Shown one piece after another: positions 10,160-20,473 of a stretch of DNA of 64,000 bases. Numbering within the stretch: position 1 is the first letter of the stretch; each line of letters opens with the position of its first letter. The translations under genes and the position numbers were made by a program. The notes below the pieces were generated by a model. That model had not been told where the DNA came from. It did not search any database and saw only the letters and a list, made by a program, of their open reading frames with translations. The stretch is from Candidatus Poribacteria bacterium (GTDB lineage: Bacteria; Poribacteria; WGA-4E; WGA-3G): assembly GCA_965214095.1 (NCBI GenBank), contig OZ243938.1, forward strand, positions 384,001 to 448,000, in the 5' to 3' direction.

Positions 10160-10253
10160 TAATCAGGGATATTTAGTTCTAGGGATTCGTCCTTATTTAA
10201 GTTAACGGATTGTTAAATCACTGAATCGGTCTCATCACTGAATATATTGATGC

Positions 10254-10433
10254 TTGGCTGAACCAGGATTTTCAGGATGGACAGATGGACGCATCAACGG
10301 TCCGAATGCCTTTTGCCATTCCCCAGGATAAGAGCCTGAAACATCAAAGTGCCATTCAGACAATAAACATCAAATTGAGAATATGAACTTTGCAGTGCCA
10401 AACTCATAATCCTATAAATCCTGGTTCAGACAA
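10254..10433. repeat. Element bounded by ~25-bp imperfect inverted repeats (MITE-like)
   Basis: TTGGCTGAACCAGGATTTTCAGGAT ... ATCCTATAAATCCTGGTTCAGACAA. Confidence 0.65.
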
Positions 10434-10464
10434 ATAGGAATCCAAACCCATACTGGATTTAACA

Positions 10465-10929
10465 TTTGTGAATAATATTGAACAAAAATCCTAAAACTGA
10501 ATATCCCGCACAAACCTTTACCCCGCACAACGCAAATTACAACGTATCTCATAAATATTAGTTGGTGTGTTTTTTTCTTTAAACGTTAATCATCTCTGTT
10601 AAACTATTTCTACTAAGAGTAAGGAGATGCTCACACCCGCTTCTTCACATGCTAAACTCATAGAAGTGCACCTTAGCAACACAGCCAGATCAGCAATAAC
10701 CTCTTGTGACAACTGGATGCAACACTCCTTTTTCGCGAAGGTTTTTGTTATCAAATTTTTCCAAAAACACCAAATTATAATGCAATTAATGCAAAATGTT
10801 TTTAAGGATACCGTATTTTCAACCCAAAACATAACATCCCTTTAAGGTCTGTTCTTGCATTTGAAGGAACCTTTTCACGCTTTGTGTATAATATTGAACG
10901 AAAAACCGAAAAACTAAATGTCCCTGCAC
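10465..10929. repeat. Degenerate ~48-bp direct repeats at 10465-10511 and 10881-10929
   Basis: TTTGTG(A/T)ATAATATTGAAC...AAACT(G/A)AAT..CCC.GCAC in both. Confidence 0.6.
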
Positions 10930-10944
10930 CATCATTGAAAGATC

Positions 10945-10973
10945 TTGACATAATTTGGATTAAAGGTTATACT
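10945..10973 (+). promoter_or_regulatory. sigma70-type promoter for SDR gene
   Basis: TTGACA-17 nt-TATACT. Confidence 0.65.
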
Positions 10974-11038
10974 TGTATTAAGAAATGACATATCACAAAT
11001 TGAAAGGATAAATGGAATTCTCACCATAAAGATATCTT

Positions 11039-11830
11039 ATGAATTTTGGACTCACAGACAAAATTGCTGTTGTAGGCGCGTCAAGCAAAGGACTTGGAAG
11101 AGCAATCGCACTTGGTTTGGCGAAAGAAGGGGCAAAAGTCACAATCTGTGCCAGAAATAGCGACACTTTGGAAGAAACAGCTGAAGAAATAAGAAAAGAA
11201 ACAAGTTCTGAAATCTTAGCAGTACCGACTGATGTAAGCCAACCCAAACAAGTAGAATCCCTCATTGAAAAAACAGTATCACATTTTGGAGGGATTGATA
11301 TTTTGGTCAACAATGCTGGAGGACCTAGAGCCGGTAGATTTGATGACCTTTCAGCAGAAGATTATTTGAGTGCTGTTCAACTGAATTTAATGAGTACAAT
11401 AAACCTATGTCGTGCTGTTGTTCCAACGATGCGCGAACGCGGTGGTGGACGCATTATCAATTTAACATCTGTCTCTGTCAAACAACCTGTAGATGGTCTG
11501 ATGTTATCAAATATGGCGCGTACAGGAGTCATTGGATTTGCAAAAACGCTCGCTAATGAACTTGCATCTGATAAAATTCTCGTCAACAACGTCTGTCCCG
11601 GTATTATTTTTACAGATAGGATTAAGCAGTTAGCCACCGTACGAGCGGAAGAGGCGGGTATCTCTTTTGACGCAGCTCTTGAGAAAATGACAGCTGACAT
11701 TCCACTTGGTAGAATTGGCGATCCAGAAGAATTCGCAAACTTAGTCGTATTCCTCGCTTCTGAACGCGCAAGTTATATTACAGGAACAACAATTCAAGTT
11801 GATGGAGGTATGGTAAGATCTCTGCTATAA
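11039..11830 (+). CDS. SDR family oxidoreductase
   Basis: GASSKGLG, LVNNAGG, SNMAR, ITGTTIQVDGG. Confidence 0.9.
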   Translation: MNFGLTDKIAVVGASSKGLGRAIALGLAKEGAKVTICARNSDTLEETAEEIRKETSSEILAVPTDVSQPKQVESLIEKTVSHFGGIDILVNNAGGPRAGRFDDLSAEDYLSAVQLNLMSTINLCRAVVPTMRERGGGRIINLTSVSVKQPVDGLMLSNMARTGVIGFAKTLANELASDKILVNNVCPGIIFTDRIKQLATVRAEEAGISFDAALEKMTADIPLGRIGDPEEFANLVVFLASERASYITGTTIQVDGGMVRSLL

Positions 11831-11916
11831 TACAATCATTGTTCTCAACCTGCATGATACCGCATCTCTATTCTAATAACCAAATATAAATGAAAACTAT
11901 TTCGAAGTAATGTACA

Positions 11917-12627
11917 ATGTTAGTATCTGTTATCATTCCAGCATATAACGAAGAACAAACGATCCTTCAGGTACTAGAAAATGTGCAAGCATTACCTATT
12001 CAGAAACAGATTATCGTTGTTAATGATGGTTCTACAGATAACACACACGCTCTTCTTAAAAAAGTAAGTGTTGATAGTGAGATTACTGTAATTCATCATG
12101 AAGTGAATAAAGGCAAAGGTCATGCAATACGAAGTGGGATAACGCATGTCAAGGGCAGTTCGGTTGTCATACAGGATGCTGATATGGAACTCTGTCCGAA
12201 TGATATATTGCAGTTAGTTGAACTGTTAGAAAATGAAAGTGTGGAAGTGGTTTACGGTTCAAGGTTTCTAAAGGGGAGAGGAAACGCGAGTCTTCACAAC
12301 TATATTGCTAATAGAATCTTAGCAATCTATACAAATATACTCTATGGATGCAGAATCACAGATGAGTCAACTGGCTATAAAGCGTTTTCTACAAATTTGA
12401 TAAAAGAGCTCAATTTAACATGTGAAGGATTTGAATTTTGTCCAGAAGTAACAGCAAAGATATTGCGTGGTGGTTATACAATTCTTGAGGTGCCTGTCTC
12501 GTATTTTCCGCGCACCAAGAAGGAAGGTAAAAAACTCCGCTATTTCACTGATGGATTTTTTGCTGCGTGGACATTGTTGAAATATCGTTTTATTTCAAGG
12601 AATAAGATTTTTAAGAACAATTCATGA
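11917..12627 (+). CDS. Glycosyltransferase family 2 (DPM1-like)
   Basis: IIPAYNEE, VNDGSTD, NKGKG, QDAD, YGSRF. Confidence 0.9.
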   Translation: MLVSVIIPAYNEEQTILQVLENVQALPIQKQIIVVNDGSTDNTHALLKKVSVDSEITVIHHEVNKGKGHAIRSGITHVKGSSVVIQDADMELCPNDILQLVELLENESVEVVYGSRFLKGRGNASLHNYIANRILAIYTNILYGCRITDESTGYKAFSTNLIKELNLTCEGFEFCPEVTAKILRGGYTILEVPVSYFPRTKKEGKKLRYFTDGFFAAWTLLKYRFISRNKIFKNNS

Positions 12628-14270
12628 CAAATACACTTGGAGGTATATATTTGAAAATGCATAAAACATTGTTTATTTCTACGTTCTCTGTTTTGCTCAT
12701 TGTGGGATTTACCGTTTCTGTATTTGGACACGGAGATGATTCCACACTTTTAGAAGATGTCAATAATGATGGACAAGTTAACATTCAGGATCTTGTGTTG
12801 GTTGCTGGAGCATTTGGACAGCCGGGAGATCGTACTTCTGCAAAGAATCCCGATGTCAATCGGGATGGTGTGGTTGATATACTTGACCTTGTTCGCGTGG
12901 CAAATCGTTTTGGTGAAACCGAACAAGGAGACAACTCAACCTATCATGACATTCAGGACAACATTTTTGATAAAAGTTGTGCGAATAGTGCATGTCATGC
13001 ACCTCCAGGGAACGCTGCAAGTCTAAACCTAACGTATGGACAGTCATATCAGGATTTGGTGAATAGGATACCACGGAATTCTGCTGCTGCAGCAGCGGGT
13101 ATGAAACTAATTGACCCCGGTAATCCAGATAACAGTTTCCTACTGACAAAGTTAATGGCATCTGAAAATCCAGACTTCGGAAATCGTATGCCATTTCAAA
13201 TGGGCCCCCTACATAATGGAAAAATAGAAGCATTACGGACATGGATTACTGCAGGTGCACCCCGTGAGAGTAAGGTCGCTGGTGTGGGTGACTTAGGCGT
13301 ACTTCGTGATCCGCAAGAGGTATTCAACCCACCACCAGCACCTGCTCCTGGTGAAGGATATCAACTCTATCTACCGCCCTTCAAAATTGAACCTGGCACA
13401 GAACGAGAAGTCTACTTTGCAACACAAATTATGGATGAAAACGGTCTGCCGATAGAAGAAGATATTTTCATCAATAGGGTTGAAATCTTCTATCCCTCGG
13501 GTAGTCATCACTTCATCATATATCGGCTGACAGAGGAAGGACTTGAAAATGGAATTCTGGATAGAGGTATAGACACAAGTATTGGTGTCAATCCAGAACA
13601 CGAATTCAGAGAACTTGATCCTGATGATCCACAAGTATTGGGTAATTTCGGGATTGATAGGTTATTTGTTGTAGGCACACAAACAGATGACACAAATTTT
13701 GCATTTCCAGAAGGTGTTGCATTGCGACTGCCTGGGAATACGGTTTTTGACTTGAATTCTCACTATATCAATCTTCTTGGAGATGAAACATTGCTTGGTG
13801 AAACCTATGTCAATATCTATACTATTCCCGAAGAAGAGGTAAAATACGAAGCAATTGAAATATTTGTATCAAACCGATCTATCAACGTTCCTCCCAACAC
13901 AACACGGGTTGCTAAATTGACTTGGTATGTTGAAGATGAGTTAGAACGTCGTGGACATGATCCTGACACGGAGTTACATGTGTTTCTGCTTACATCACAC
14001 ATGCATAGACACGGTGAATTGTTTGAGATTTTCCAAGACTCAACAGGTGAGTTGTTACACCGTAGTATAGCCTACGACGATGCACCTATTACACTGTTTG
14101 ATACACCCCTAATTTTAGGTGTGGACGATGGTATAAAATTCCAGTGTACCCACAACAATTACGATATTGATGGTCCACTCCAATTCGGACTTACCTCCGA
14201 AGATGAGATGTGTATTATCTTCGGATATTACTTTATCCCAATTGAAAAAGCTGGAGAGACGATAAGATAG
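12624..14270 (+). CDS. Secreted dockerin + cytochrome-c-like + copper type II monooxygenase-like protein
   Basis: Signal peptide (start may be 12657); paired DVNxDGxVxIxDL dockerin; CANSACH...RMP; GSHHF, SHMHRHG and DEMC Cu-ligand motifs. Confidence 0.75.
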   Translation: MTNTLGGIYLKMHKTLFISTFSVLLIVGFTVSVFGHGDDSTLLEDVNNDGQVNIQDLVLVAGAFGQPGDRTSAKNPDVNRDGVVDILDLVRVANRFGETEQGDNSTYHDIQDNIFDKSCANSACHAPPGNAASLNLTYGQSYQDLVNRIPRNSAAAAAGMKLIDPGNPDNSFLLTKLMASENPDFGNRMPFQMGPLHNGKIEALRTWITAGAPRESKVAGVGDLGVLRDPQEVFNPPPAPAPGEGYQLYLPPFKIEPGTEREVYFATQIMDENGLPIEEDIFINRVEIFYPSGSHHFIIYRLTEEGLENGILDRGIDTSIGVNPEHEFRELDPDDPQVLGNFGIDRLFVVGTQTDDTNFAFPEGVALRLPGNTVFDLNSHYINLLGDETLLGETYVNIYTIPEEEVKYEAIEIFVSNRSINVPPNTTRVAKLTWYVEDELERRGHDPDTELHVFLLTSHMHRHGELFEIFQDSTGELLHRSIAYDDAPITLFDTPLILGVDDGIKFQCTHNNYDIDGPLQFGLTSEDEMCIIFGYYFIPIEKAGETIR

Positions 14271-14315
14271 AGTCTTTCTATTGCAATCAGTAAATTCTAT
14301 TATCTACCTAAGATT

Positions 14316-14374
14316 CCCGTGTCTACACAAGTAGGCACGGGTTTCATGTAACGTCTTCAGACACGGTTGCTTAC
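14316..14374 (+). promoter_or_regulatory. Hairpin with alternative pseudoknot pairing upstream of the Met-synthesis gene (terminator or candidate switch)
   Basis: 11-bp stem 14316-14341 followed by TTTC; 14359-66 and 14368-74 are complementary to the two stem strands. Confidence 0.4.
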
Positions 14375-14377
14375 ACT

Positions 14378-16258
14378 ATGTCCACAAACCCCAAATCATA
14401 CAACAACTTCATTGATTCCTTGTCAAACCGAGTACTGGTATGTGATGGTGCAATAGGAACAGAATTACGCAAACGGATAAATGCATTACTTCCATGTGTC
14501 GATGCTTGTAATATCATTGAAGAATATGTTGATGATGTGGTCAATGTTCATACTGCTTATGCCAATGCAGGTGCTGATGTCATACAAACCAACACATATC
14601 AAGCAAATAGAGAAGCATTGGCAACACACGGATTTGGTGATCAGGTAGATGAGATTAACCGTGCTGGTGTGAGATTAGCACGAAGTGCTGCAGGAAATAC
14701 ACAGTTTGTAGCTGGTTCTGTTGGCGAAATATCCTTCAACTCTGAGGATACTACTGACGTAGATATTGAACCATCAACCAAAAGGATACGTCATCTATTT
14801 AGAGAACAGATGGATGCACTTGTAGATGAAGGTGTTGATCTGTTAATACTAGAGACCTTTGTCTCACAGAAACAGGCTCAGATTGCAACAAAGCAAGCAC
14901 TTACTTATGACGTGCCTGTAATCGTTGAGATTAGTGGTATATCTGGTGGCACAGTCGGTTCAGGTTTAGATGTGAGAGTGTTTGCTCAGGAACTGGAACA
15001 ACTCGGTGCACATGTAGTCGGTATCAATTGTAGAGGACCCCACGACCTCGTGCAAGCGATGGAACTTCTTGCTCCTGTTATCAGTGTACCACTTGTCGTG
15101 CAACCCAATGCTGGTAACCCAAGGGTTGAACAGGGTGAAATTGCTGTTTCATACACCGTTGATGCGGATGTTTTTACAGACTATGTTCAGAAGTTGATAA
15201 GACTTGGAGCAAATATGATCGGCGGGTGTTGTGGCACTACACCTGAGTATATTACAAAAATTCGTGCAGCAGTAGGAAATCAAAAACCGGTAAAGCGACA
15301 TAGACGTATTTTTGTTCTTCCCAAGAGTTCGCCATCTATCAAAGCACGCACAGACAATCCTGTTCAGCAAGTATTTGAAACGCGTCAACGAATTGTAAGT
15401 GTGGAAGCACGTGCAAATACATTTCCACAATTACGTGCATTGTTGAAAGAAGCAAAAGTATTGGCTGCCATGGGGGTCGATCTCTTTGACGTAACAGACA
15501 ACTCTGGTGCAGCAGTCAACATCGGTGCAGTTGGCACAGCATTTCGTTTGCAACAAGCAACGCATATTCCAACGCTTATTCATTGGACAACGCGATCGCG
15601 AAACCTTATCAGCATGCAATCGCATCTATTGGAAGCAGAGGCATTGGGAATACGCGGCATAGTCGCTCTGTCTGGCGATCATCCCAAGGCAGGTCCTTTT
15701 GAATCTGCAAGTCTCGTGCCAGATGTGCGTGGAGCAGTCCAATTGATGAAACTCATCTCCAGACTCAATCAAGGTGAACTTGCCGACGGTTCGTCAATCG
15801 GCGACCCGTGTGGATTTTATGTCGGTGGAGGTTTCACAATTGCTGAAAATCTTGATCCACATGTCAAGCATTTACGGAATAAGGTGACAGCAGGCGCGAA
15901 ATTTGCTTATACACAACCTGTATGGACTTTTGAGGACATTGTGCGATCTCAGAAAGCTACAGAGAGTATCGGCATTAAGATACTATACGGAATCCTACCA
16001 CTAACAAGCTACCGTAGTGCATCCTATCTACGTGATAATTTAGGTCTATACATTCCACAATTAATTGTGGATAAATTCCGTGACCTTGGCGATACTGCTG
16101 GAAACGAACTCGGTATGAAATTGACACTTGATCTTGTTCGTGAAATACGAAACCAAGATACTATTCAGATTGATGGGATCTATCTTATCCCGCCTGCACG
16201 TTTGAACTGGAAAAACAGACGTGTTGTAATTTCAGAAATCGTGAAAGCCTACCGTTAG
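14378..16258 (+). CDS. yitJ: Bifunctional homocysteine S-methyltransferase / methylenetetrahydrofolate reductase
   Basis: DGAIGTEL, GINC, PNAG, GGCCGTTP; MTHFR domain with SGDHP and YTQPV. Confidence 0.85.
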   Translation: MSTNPKSYNNFIDSLSNRVLVCDGAIGTELRKRINALLPCVDACNIIEEYVDDVVNVHTAYANAGADVIQTNTYQANREALATHGFGDQVDEINRAGVRLARSAAGNTQFVAGSVGEISFNSEDTTDVDIEPSTKRIRHLFREQMDALVDEGVDLLILETFVSQKQAQIATKQALTYDVPVIVEISGISGGTVGSGLDVRVFAQELEQLGAHVVGINCRGPHDLVQAMELLAPVISVPLVVQPNAGNPRVEQGEIAVSYTVDADVFTDYVQKLIRLGANMIGGCCGTTPEYITKIRAAVGNQKPVKRHRRIFVLPKSSPSIKARTDNPVQQVFETRQRIVSVEARANTFPQLRALLKEAKVLAAMGVDLFDVTDNSGAAVNIGAVGTAFRLQQATHIPTLIHWTTRSRNLISMQSHLLEAEALGIRGIVALSGDHPKAGPFESASLVPDVRGAVQLMKLISRLNQGELADGSSIGDPCGFYVGGGFTIAENLDPHVKHLRNKVTAGAKFAYTQPVWTFEDIVRSQKATESIGIKILYGILPLTSYRSASYLRDNLGLYIPQLIVDKFRDLGDTAGNELGMKLTLDLVREIRNQDTIQIDGIYLIPPARLNWKNRRVVISEIVKAYR

Positions 16259-16269
16259 CATTCTATTCA

Positions 16270-18198
16270 ATGACAACAAATGGTCATCATACCTCAACGA
16301 AGCACATCACAGGACGTTCCCTTCTCATAGGTGTCCTTCTCATTCCTATCAATGTCTACTGGATGACAATCGTTGAGGTGAAATACTACTCACTTGATGG
16401 ATCTTGCCTTCCACTGTTTATTCAACCTATATTCATAATGTTTGTGTGTACTGTCGCAAATGTATCATTGAAACGAATTGCACCGCAATACATGCTGCGT
16501 CAAGGTGAGTTACTGACTATCTATATTATGGTTGCAATCTCCTGCACATTCGCTGGTCACGACACCATGCAGAATATGTTCGGTAGCATTGCGCATCCAT
16601 TCCGTTTTGCTACAGATGAGAATGAATGGCAGACACTGTTCTTTCGGTATCTTCCTGCATGGCTTACCGTGTCTGATCCACAAAGTCTACAAGGGTTTTA
16701 TGAAGGTGATGCCAGTTTCTATAACAAACATAACTTTTTTGTGTGGTTAAAACCGTTACTGTTTTGGGGACTCTTTTTCCTTACAATGATGTTTATGATG
16801 CTATGCATCAACACACTTGTTCGTAAACGTTGGACTGAACAAGAGAAATTGGCTTATCCGATCATACAACTCCCTTTACACCTATCTGAAGCAGGTGGTA
16901 GTAGTTTGTTGCAGAATAGAATGATGTGGGTTGGATTTACGATAGCGGTGGTCATTGGTATCATAAACGGTATTAACTATCTGTTTCCACAGTTTCCACT
17001 TATACCTTATATCAAACGGACAGCTGTGTTTCAAGACATCTTTACAGAACGGCCTTGGAGTGCGATACGAGGGACGCGTATCTCCATATATCCATTTGCT
17101 GTAGGGTTAGCGTTTTTCCTTCCATTAGACCTTTCCTTCTCGTGTTGGTTTTTCTTTGTAGTGCGGTTGGCAGAATTTGTAATAGCAGCTGCTCTTGGCA
17201 CGCGATATTTTCCTGCTTTGAATGAACAGGCTTACGGTGCGTGGGTTGCGTTATTCATACTTGCAGTTTGGGTAACCCGTCGTCATCTGATAGAAGTGTT
17301 GAAAAAGGCATTCGGATTCAGAACTGAAATAGATGACTCAAATGAACCGATGTCATACCGTGCTGCATTGTTAGGTATTCTCGGATCGCTTATTGCACTT
17401 GGTATCTTTGCCAATATCGCTGGGATGGCTTTATGGATAGCAGGCATTTTCTTCGGTATCTATTTTCTTCTCTCATTTGCTATCACTCGCGTTCGCGCTG
17501 AACTCGGCACACCACATGAAATCTATTATGTCAACCCACATGATATGTTGGCAACAGTAGGTGGAACACGTCAGTTTGATCCAAGTAGTCTCACGATAAT
17601 GTCCCTGTTCTACTGGTTCAATCGAGGTTATCGCAATCATCCGATGCCGAATCAGATTGAAGCGTTTAAACTTGCTGAATCGACTGGTATGGGGAATAGA
17701 CGATTATGGGTTGCGATGCTCATTGCGATTGTGGTAGGCATTATAGCAACTTTTTGGGCAAATCTTGACATCACATTTCGAAATGGAGCAGTAGCAAAAG
17801 CGGGTGGATTCAAAGGATGGGTCGGTAGAGAATCCTTCGGTAGACTTCAACGGTGGCTGCACAATCCATCTGAACCGAATGTTGTTGGAATCGGTTTTAT
17901 GGGGATCGGTGCATTGTTGACGTTTGTCATGATGTATATGCGGATGCATTTCTTGTGGTGGCCCTTCCATCCTGCTGGGTATGCACTTGCGATAAGTTTT
18001 GCGATGGATTATTTCTGGTTTGCCTTTTTCGTTGCTTGGTTTTTGAAGTATCTGATTTTACGTCATGGTGGTTTGAAGTTACATCGTAAAGTTGCACCGC
18101 TCTTTTTAGGTCTGATTTTGGGTGATTATGTCATTGGCAGTATATGGGCAATTATTGGTCCTGCTACTGGGTTACGGACTTACAAGATATTTATCTAA
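16270..18198 (+). CDS. Polytopic membrane protein (DUF6785/OPT-like putative transporter)
   Basis: Many TM helices; W..EKLAYP, WWPFHPAGY, PLFLGLILGD. Confidence 0.7.
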   Translation: MTTNGHHTSTKHITGRSLLIGVLLIPINVYWMTIVEVKYYSLDGSCLPLFIQPIFIMFVCTVANVSLKRIAPQYMLRQGELLTIYIMVAISCTFAGHDTMQNMFGSIAHPFRFATDENEWQTLFFRYLPAWLTVSDPQSLQGFYEGDASFYNKHNFFVWLKPLLFWGLFFLTMMFMMLCINTLVRKRWTEQEKLAYPIIQLPLHLSEAGGSSLLQNRMMWVGFTIAVVIGIINGINYLFPQFPLIPYIKRTAVFQDIFTERPWSAIRGTRISIYPFAVGLAFFLPLDLSFSCWFFFVVRLAEFVIAAALGTRYFPALNEQAYGAWVALFILAVWVTRRHLIEVLKKAFGFRTEIDDSNEPMSYRAALLGILGSLIALGIFANIAGMALWIAGIFFGIYFLLSFAITRVRAELGTPHEIYYVNPHDMLATVGGTRQFDPSSLTIMSLFYWFNRGYRNHPMPNQIEAFKLAESTGMGNRRLWVAMLIAIVVGIIATFWANLDITFRNGAVAKAGGFKGWVGRESFGRLQRWLHNPSEPNVVGIGFMGIGALLTFVMMYMRMHFLWWPFHPAGYALAISFAMDYFWFAFFVAWFLKYLILRHGGLKLHRKVAPLFLGLILGDYVIGSIWAIIGPATGLRTYKIFI

Positions 18199-18366
18199 TG
18201 TGCCTTGGATACCTTAGTCAAGAAAATATCCTTACTTGACATTAAAAGGCATGACATATAATCTATTCAACACTGATAGTATTTTTAATCTGGTGAACTG
18301 TGTTCAACTAACTGTAAAGGACATTCTTAAACCGAATTTTCAAGTAATTTAAAGGAGCTGCACCTT

Positions 18367-19380
18367 ATGAAAATTACAAAAATTGAATATCGCACGGTTT
18401 CAATCCCCTTTATACCTGCGATTGAGGAACATTCAGGTATGGTGTATCCAACGACACTTGTTTGGATACACACAGATGAAGGCATTACAGGTTTAGGTGA
18501 ATCTAATGCTGTCCATAGTGATATTACAGAACAAGCAGAACAAATTACAGAGAGATATGTTGGTAAAAACTTCTGGGAATTTGATATTGCCGATGAAGGC
18601 ATCACATTCCAATCAGCATTCTATGATATTGCTGGACAGGCATTAGGTGTCCCTGCACATAAACTAATGGGTCGTCAACATAGAGACAGTGTTGAACTTG
18701 CCTATTGGTCACCTCCGATGCCACCTGAAGCCACTGCTGCAGAGGCAGAACGGGCTGCCAACTTAGGTTTCCGTGTTCATAAACTCAAAGCAAGAAAAGC
18801 AACTATTGTTGAAACAGCAAAGTTAGTGAAAGAAGCATGTGGACCCGATTTTCAACTTCGTGTTGACCCAAACACAGAATTTGGTGATTTGGAAACGGGT
18901 ATCCGATTAGCAGAAGAATTGTTACCATATAACATTGAAGTCTATGAAGACCCAATTCAATTTGAAGACTTGTCATGGTATGCTGAACTTAGAAAACGGA
19001 CAGATGTCCCTGTCGCCAGACATATTGGCGGACTACAAGAGATTTTGCGGAACATACAGGCTGATGCCGTGGATGCGATTAACACACATGGCAATTTATC
19101 TGGACTTCGTAAGAGTGCTGCTATTGCAGAAGCGGTGGAAATTCCTATTTGGGTGCAATGTTTCGCTTTCGGTTGTTGCGTTGCTTCAACCTTTGTTGCA
19201 CACGTGGTTTCTACCATACCAAACTGCTCAATGCCTATTGACGAACTACCACATATTCGGGTTGATGATCTGTCAGGTGGTAGTATGAATCTAAAGAACG
19301 GTGCGATCCATCTGTCAGATGAACCGGGATTAGGTATTCAATTGGATATGGATGCTGTTGAAAAATATAGGATTCGGTAG
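18367..19380 (+). CDS. Mandelate racemase/muconate lactonising (enolase superfamily) enzyme
   Basis: TDEGITGLGE, KLK, RVDPN, YEDP, PGLGI. Confidence 0.85.
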   Translation: MKITKIEYRTVSIPFIPAIEEHSGMVYPTTLVWIHTDEGITGLGESNAVHSDITEQAEQITERYVGKNFWEFDIADEGITFQSAFYDIAGQALGVPAHKLMGRQHRDSVELAYWSPPMPPEATAAEAERAANLGFRVHKLKARKATIVETAKLVKEACGPDFQLRVDPNTEFGDLETGIRLAEELLPYNIEVYEDPIQFEDLSWYAELRKRTDVPVARHIGGLQEILRNIQADAVDAINTHGNLSGLRKSAAIAEAVEIPIWVQCFAFGCCVASTFVAHVVSTIPNCSMPIDELPHIRVDDLSGGSMNLKNGAIHLSDEPGLGIQLDMDAVEKYRIR

Positions 19381-19411
19381 GCAAGTTTTCTATTACACAT
19401 TTGCTGGCATC

Positions 19412-20269
19412 CTATTGCTTTGACTTTAAAATTCCCCAGATGACTGGCAATTTTCTTGTAGGTTCAACGTTATATATCGTTCTGGTTTCATAGTTTTTAA
19501 TTACTTCTTCGTGTGTAAGGGCACGATTGTAAATACGCACTTCATCTATAACGCCTTTGAAAAACCGTGTCCGTGCACCAAGTCGTCCTCCACCACCGAG
19601 ATAAAATGGATTTTCAAAAGGCAAAAATGTTGCTGGTTGTCTTAACTGATGTGCATCAGAATTTATCGGATCACCATCAATATAAATAAGGCTTTGTAGT
19701 TTTTTTATATTATCAACATTTATAATGTTATTTGTAAAGACAAAGTGATGCCAGTTACCATCAGAAATATTTATAGGTTCATGTAATCTATAGATACCAT
19801 GACAACTATTTCCGATTCCGACTTTATAAGAAATGCTGTCGGATATAAAATCTAGTGCTCCCTTATCACCATTTTTTATACTTAATTCCCATGCCATACA
19901 TTTGTCACGTACAGTAAAAAGAATCATACGATCATTCTTATGACCAATAATGATCCATGCTTCAAATGTAGATGAACCGAGTTGACTACCAAATTTTCCA
20001 AGATTCGTCATATTGAGATAATTTTCATCGCCATCAAATTCTAATCCATCACCTATTTTGCCCTGGACAATTTTGGGTTTTCCAAAACTAATTCCGTCAT
20101 TATCACCCCATACATCTTTTAGTTTGTTGTTTCTGATATGTGACTTGTCAAATGTCCAATAACTCACAAGACCATCAGTTACAATTGCATTTAATGGAAC
20201 TTGGAAACACAAAATAGAAAATATTACTGTGCATAGGAAGGAAAAGGTTCGGTTTGTCATTTGCTTCAC
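19412..20269 (-). CDS. Secreted LamG-like jellyroll protein
   Basis: GLVSYWTFD, GLEFDG, GVIDEVRIYNRAL; tail VEPTRKLPVIWGILK. Confidence 0.85.
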   Translation of the reverse strand: MKQMTNRTFSFLCTVIFSILCFQVPLNAIVTDGLVSYWTFDKSHIRNNKLKDVWGDNDGISFGKPKIVQGKIGDGLEFDGDENYLNMTNLGKFGSQLGSSTFEAWIIIGHKNDRMILFTVRDKCMAWELSIKNGDKGALDFISDSISYKVGIGNSCHGIYRLHEPINISDGNWHHFVFTNNIINVDNIKKLQSLIYIDGDPINSDAHQLRQPATFLPFENPFYLGGGGRLGARTRFFKGVIDEVRIYNRALTHEEVIKNYETRTIYNVEPTRKLPVIWGILKSKQ

Positions 20270-20473
20270 CTATTGTAATGAATTATCTATATTCAATTTA
20301 AGGTCTAAACTCATTTACTGACAGGTATAGCAATAAATATGCCAAAACTAAGAACTTGATATATACAGATTCTTGGTTAGGTAAGTGGAAAAAATGTACA
20401 AAAATGAACACTACTGTATAGAAAATGAACAAGTTTGTGCATTGTGCGTTTGGTAATATATCTTGAAATTATT

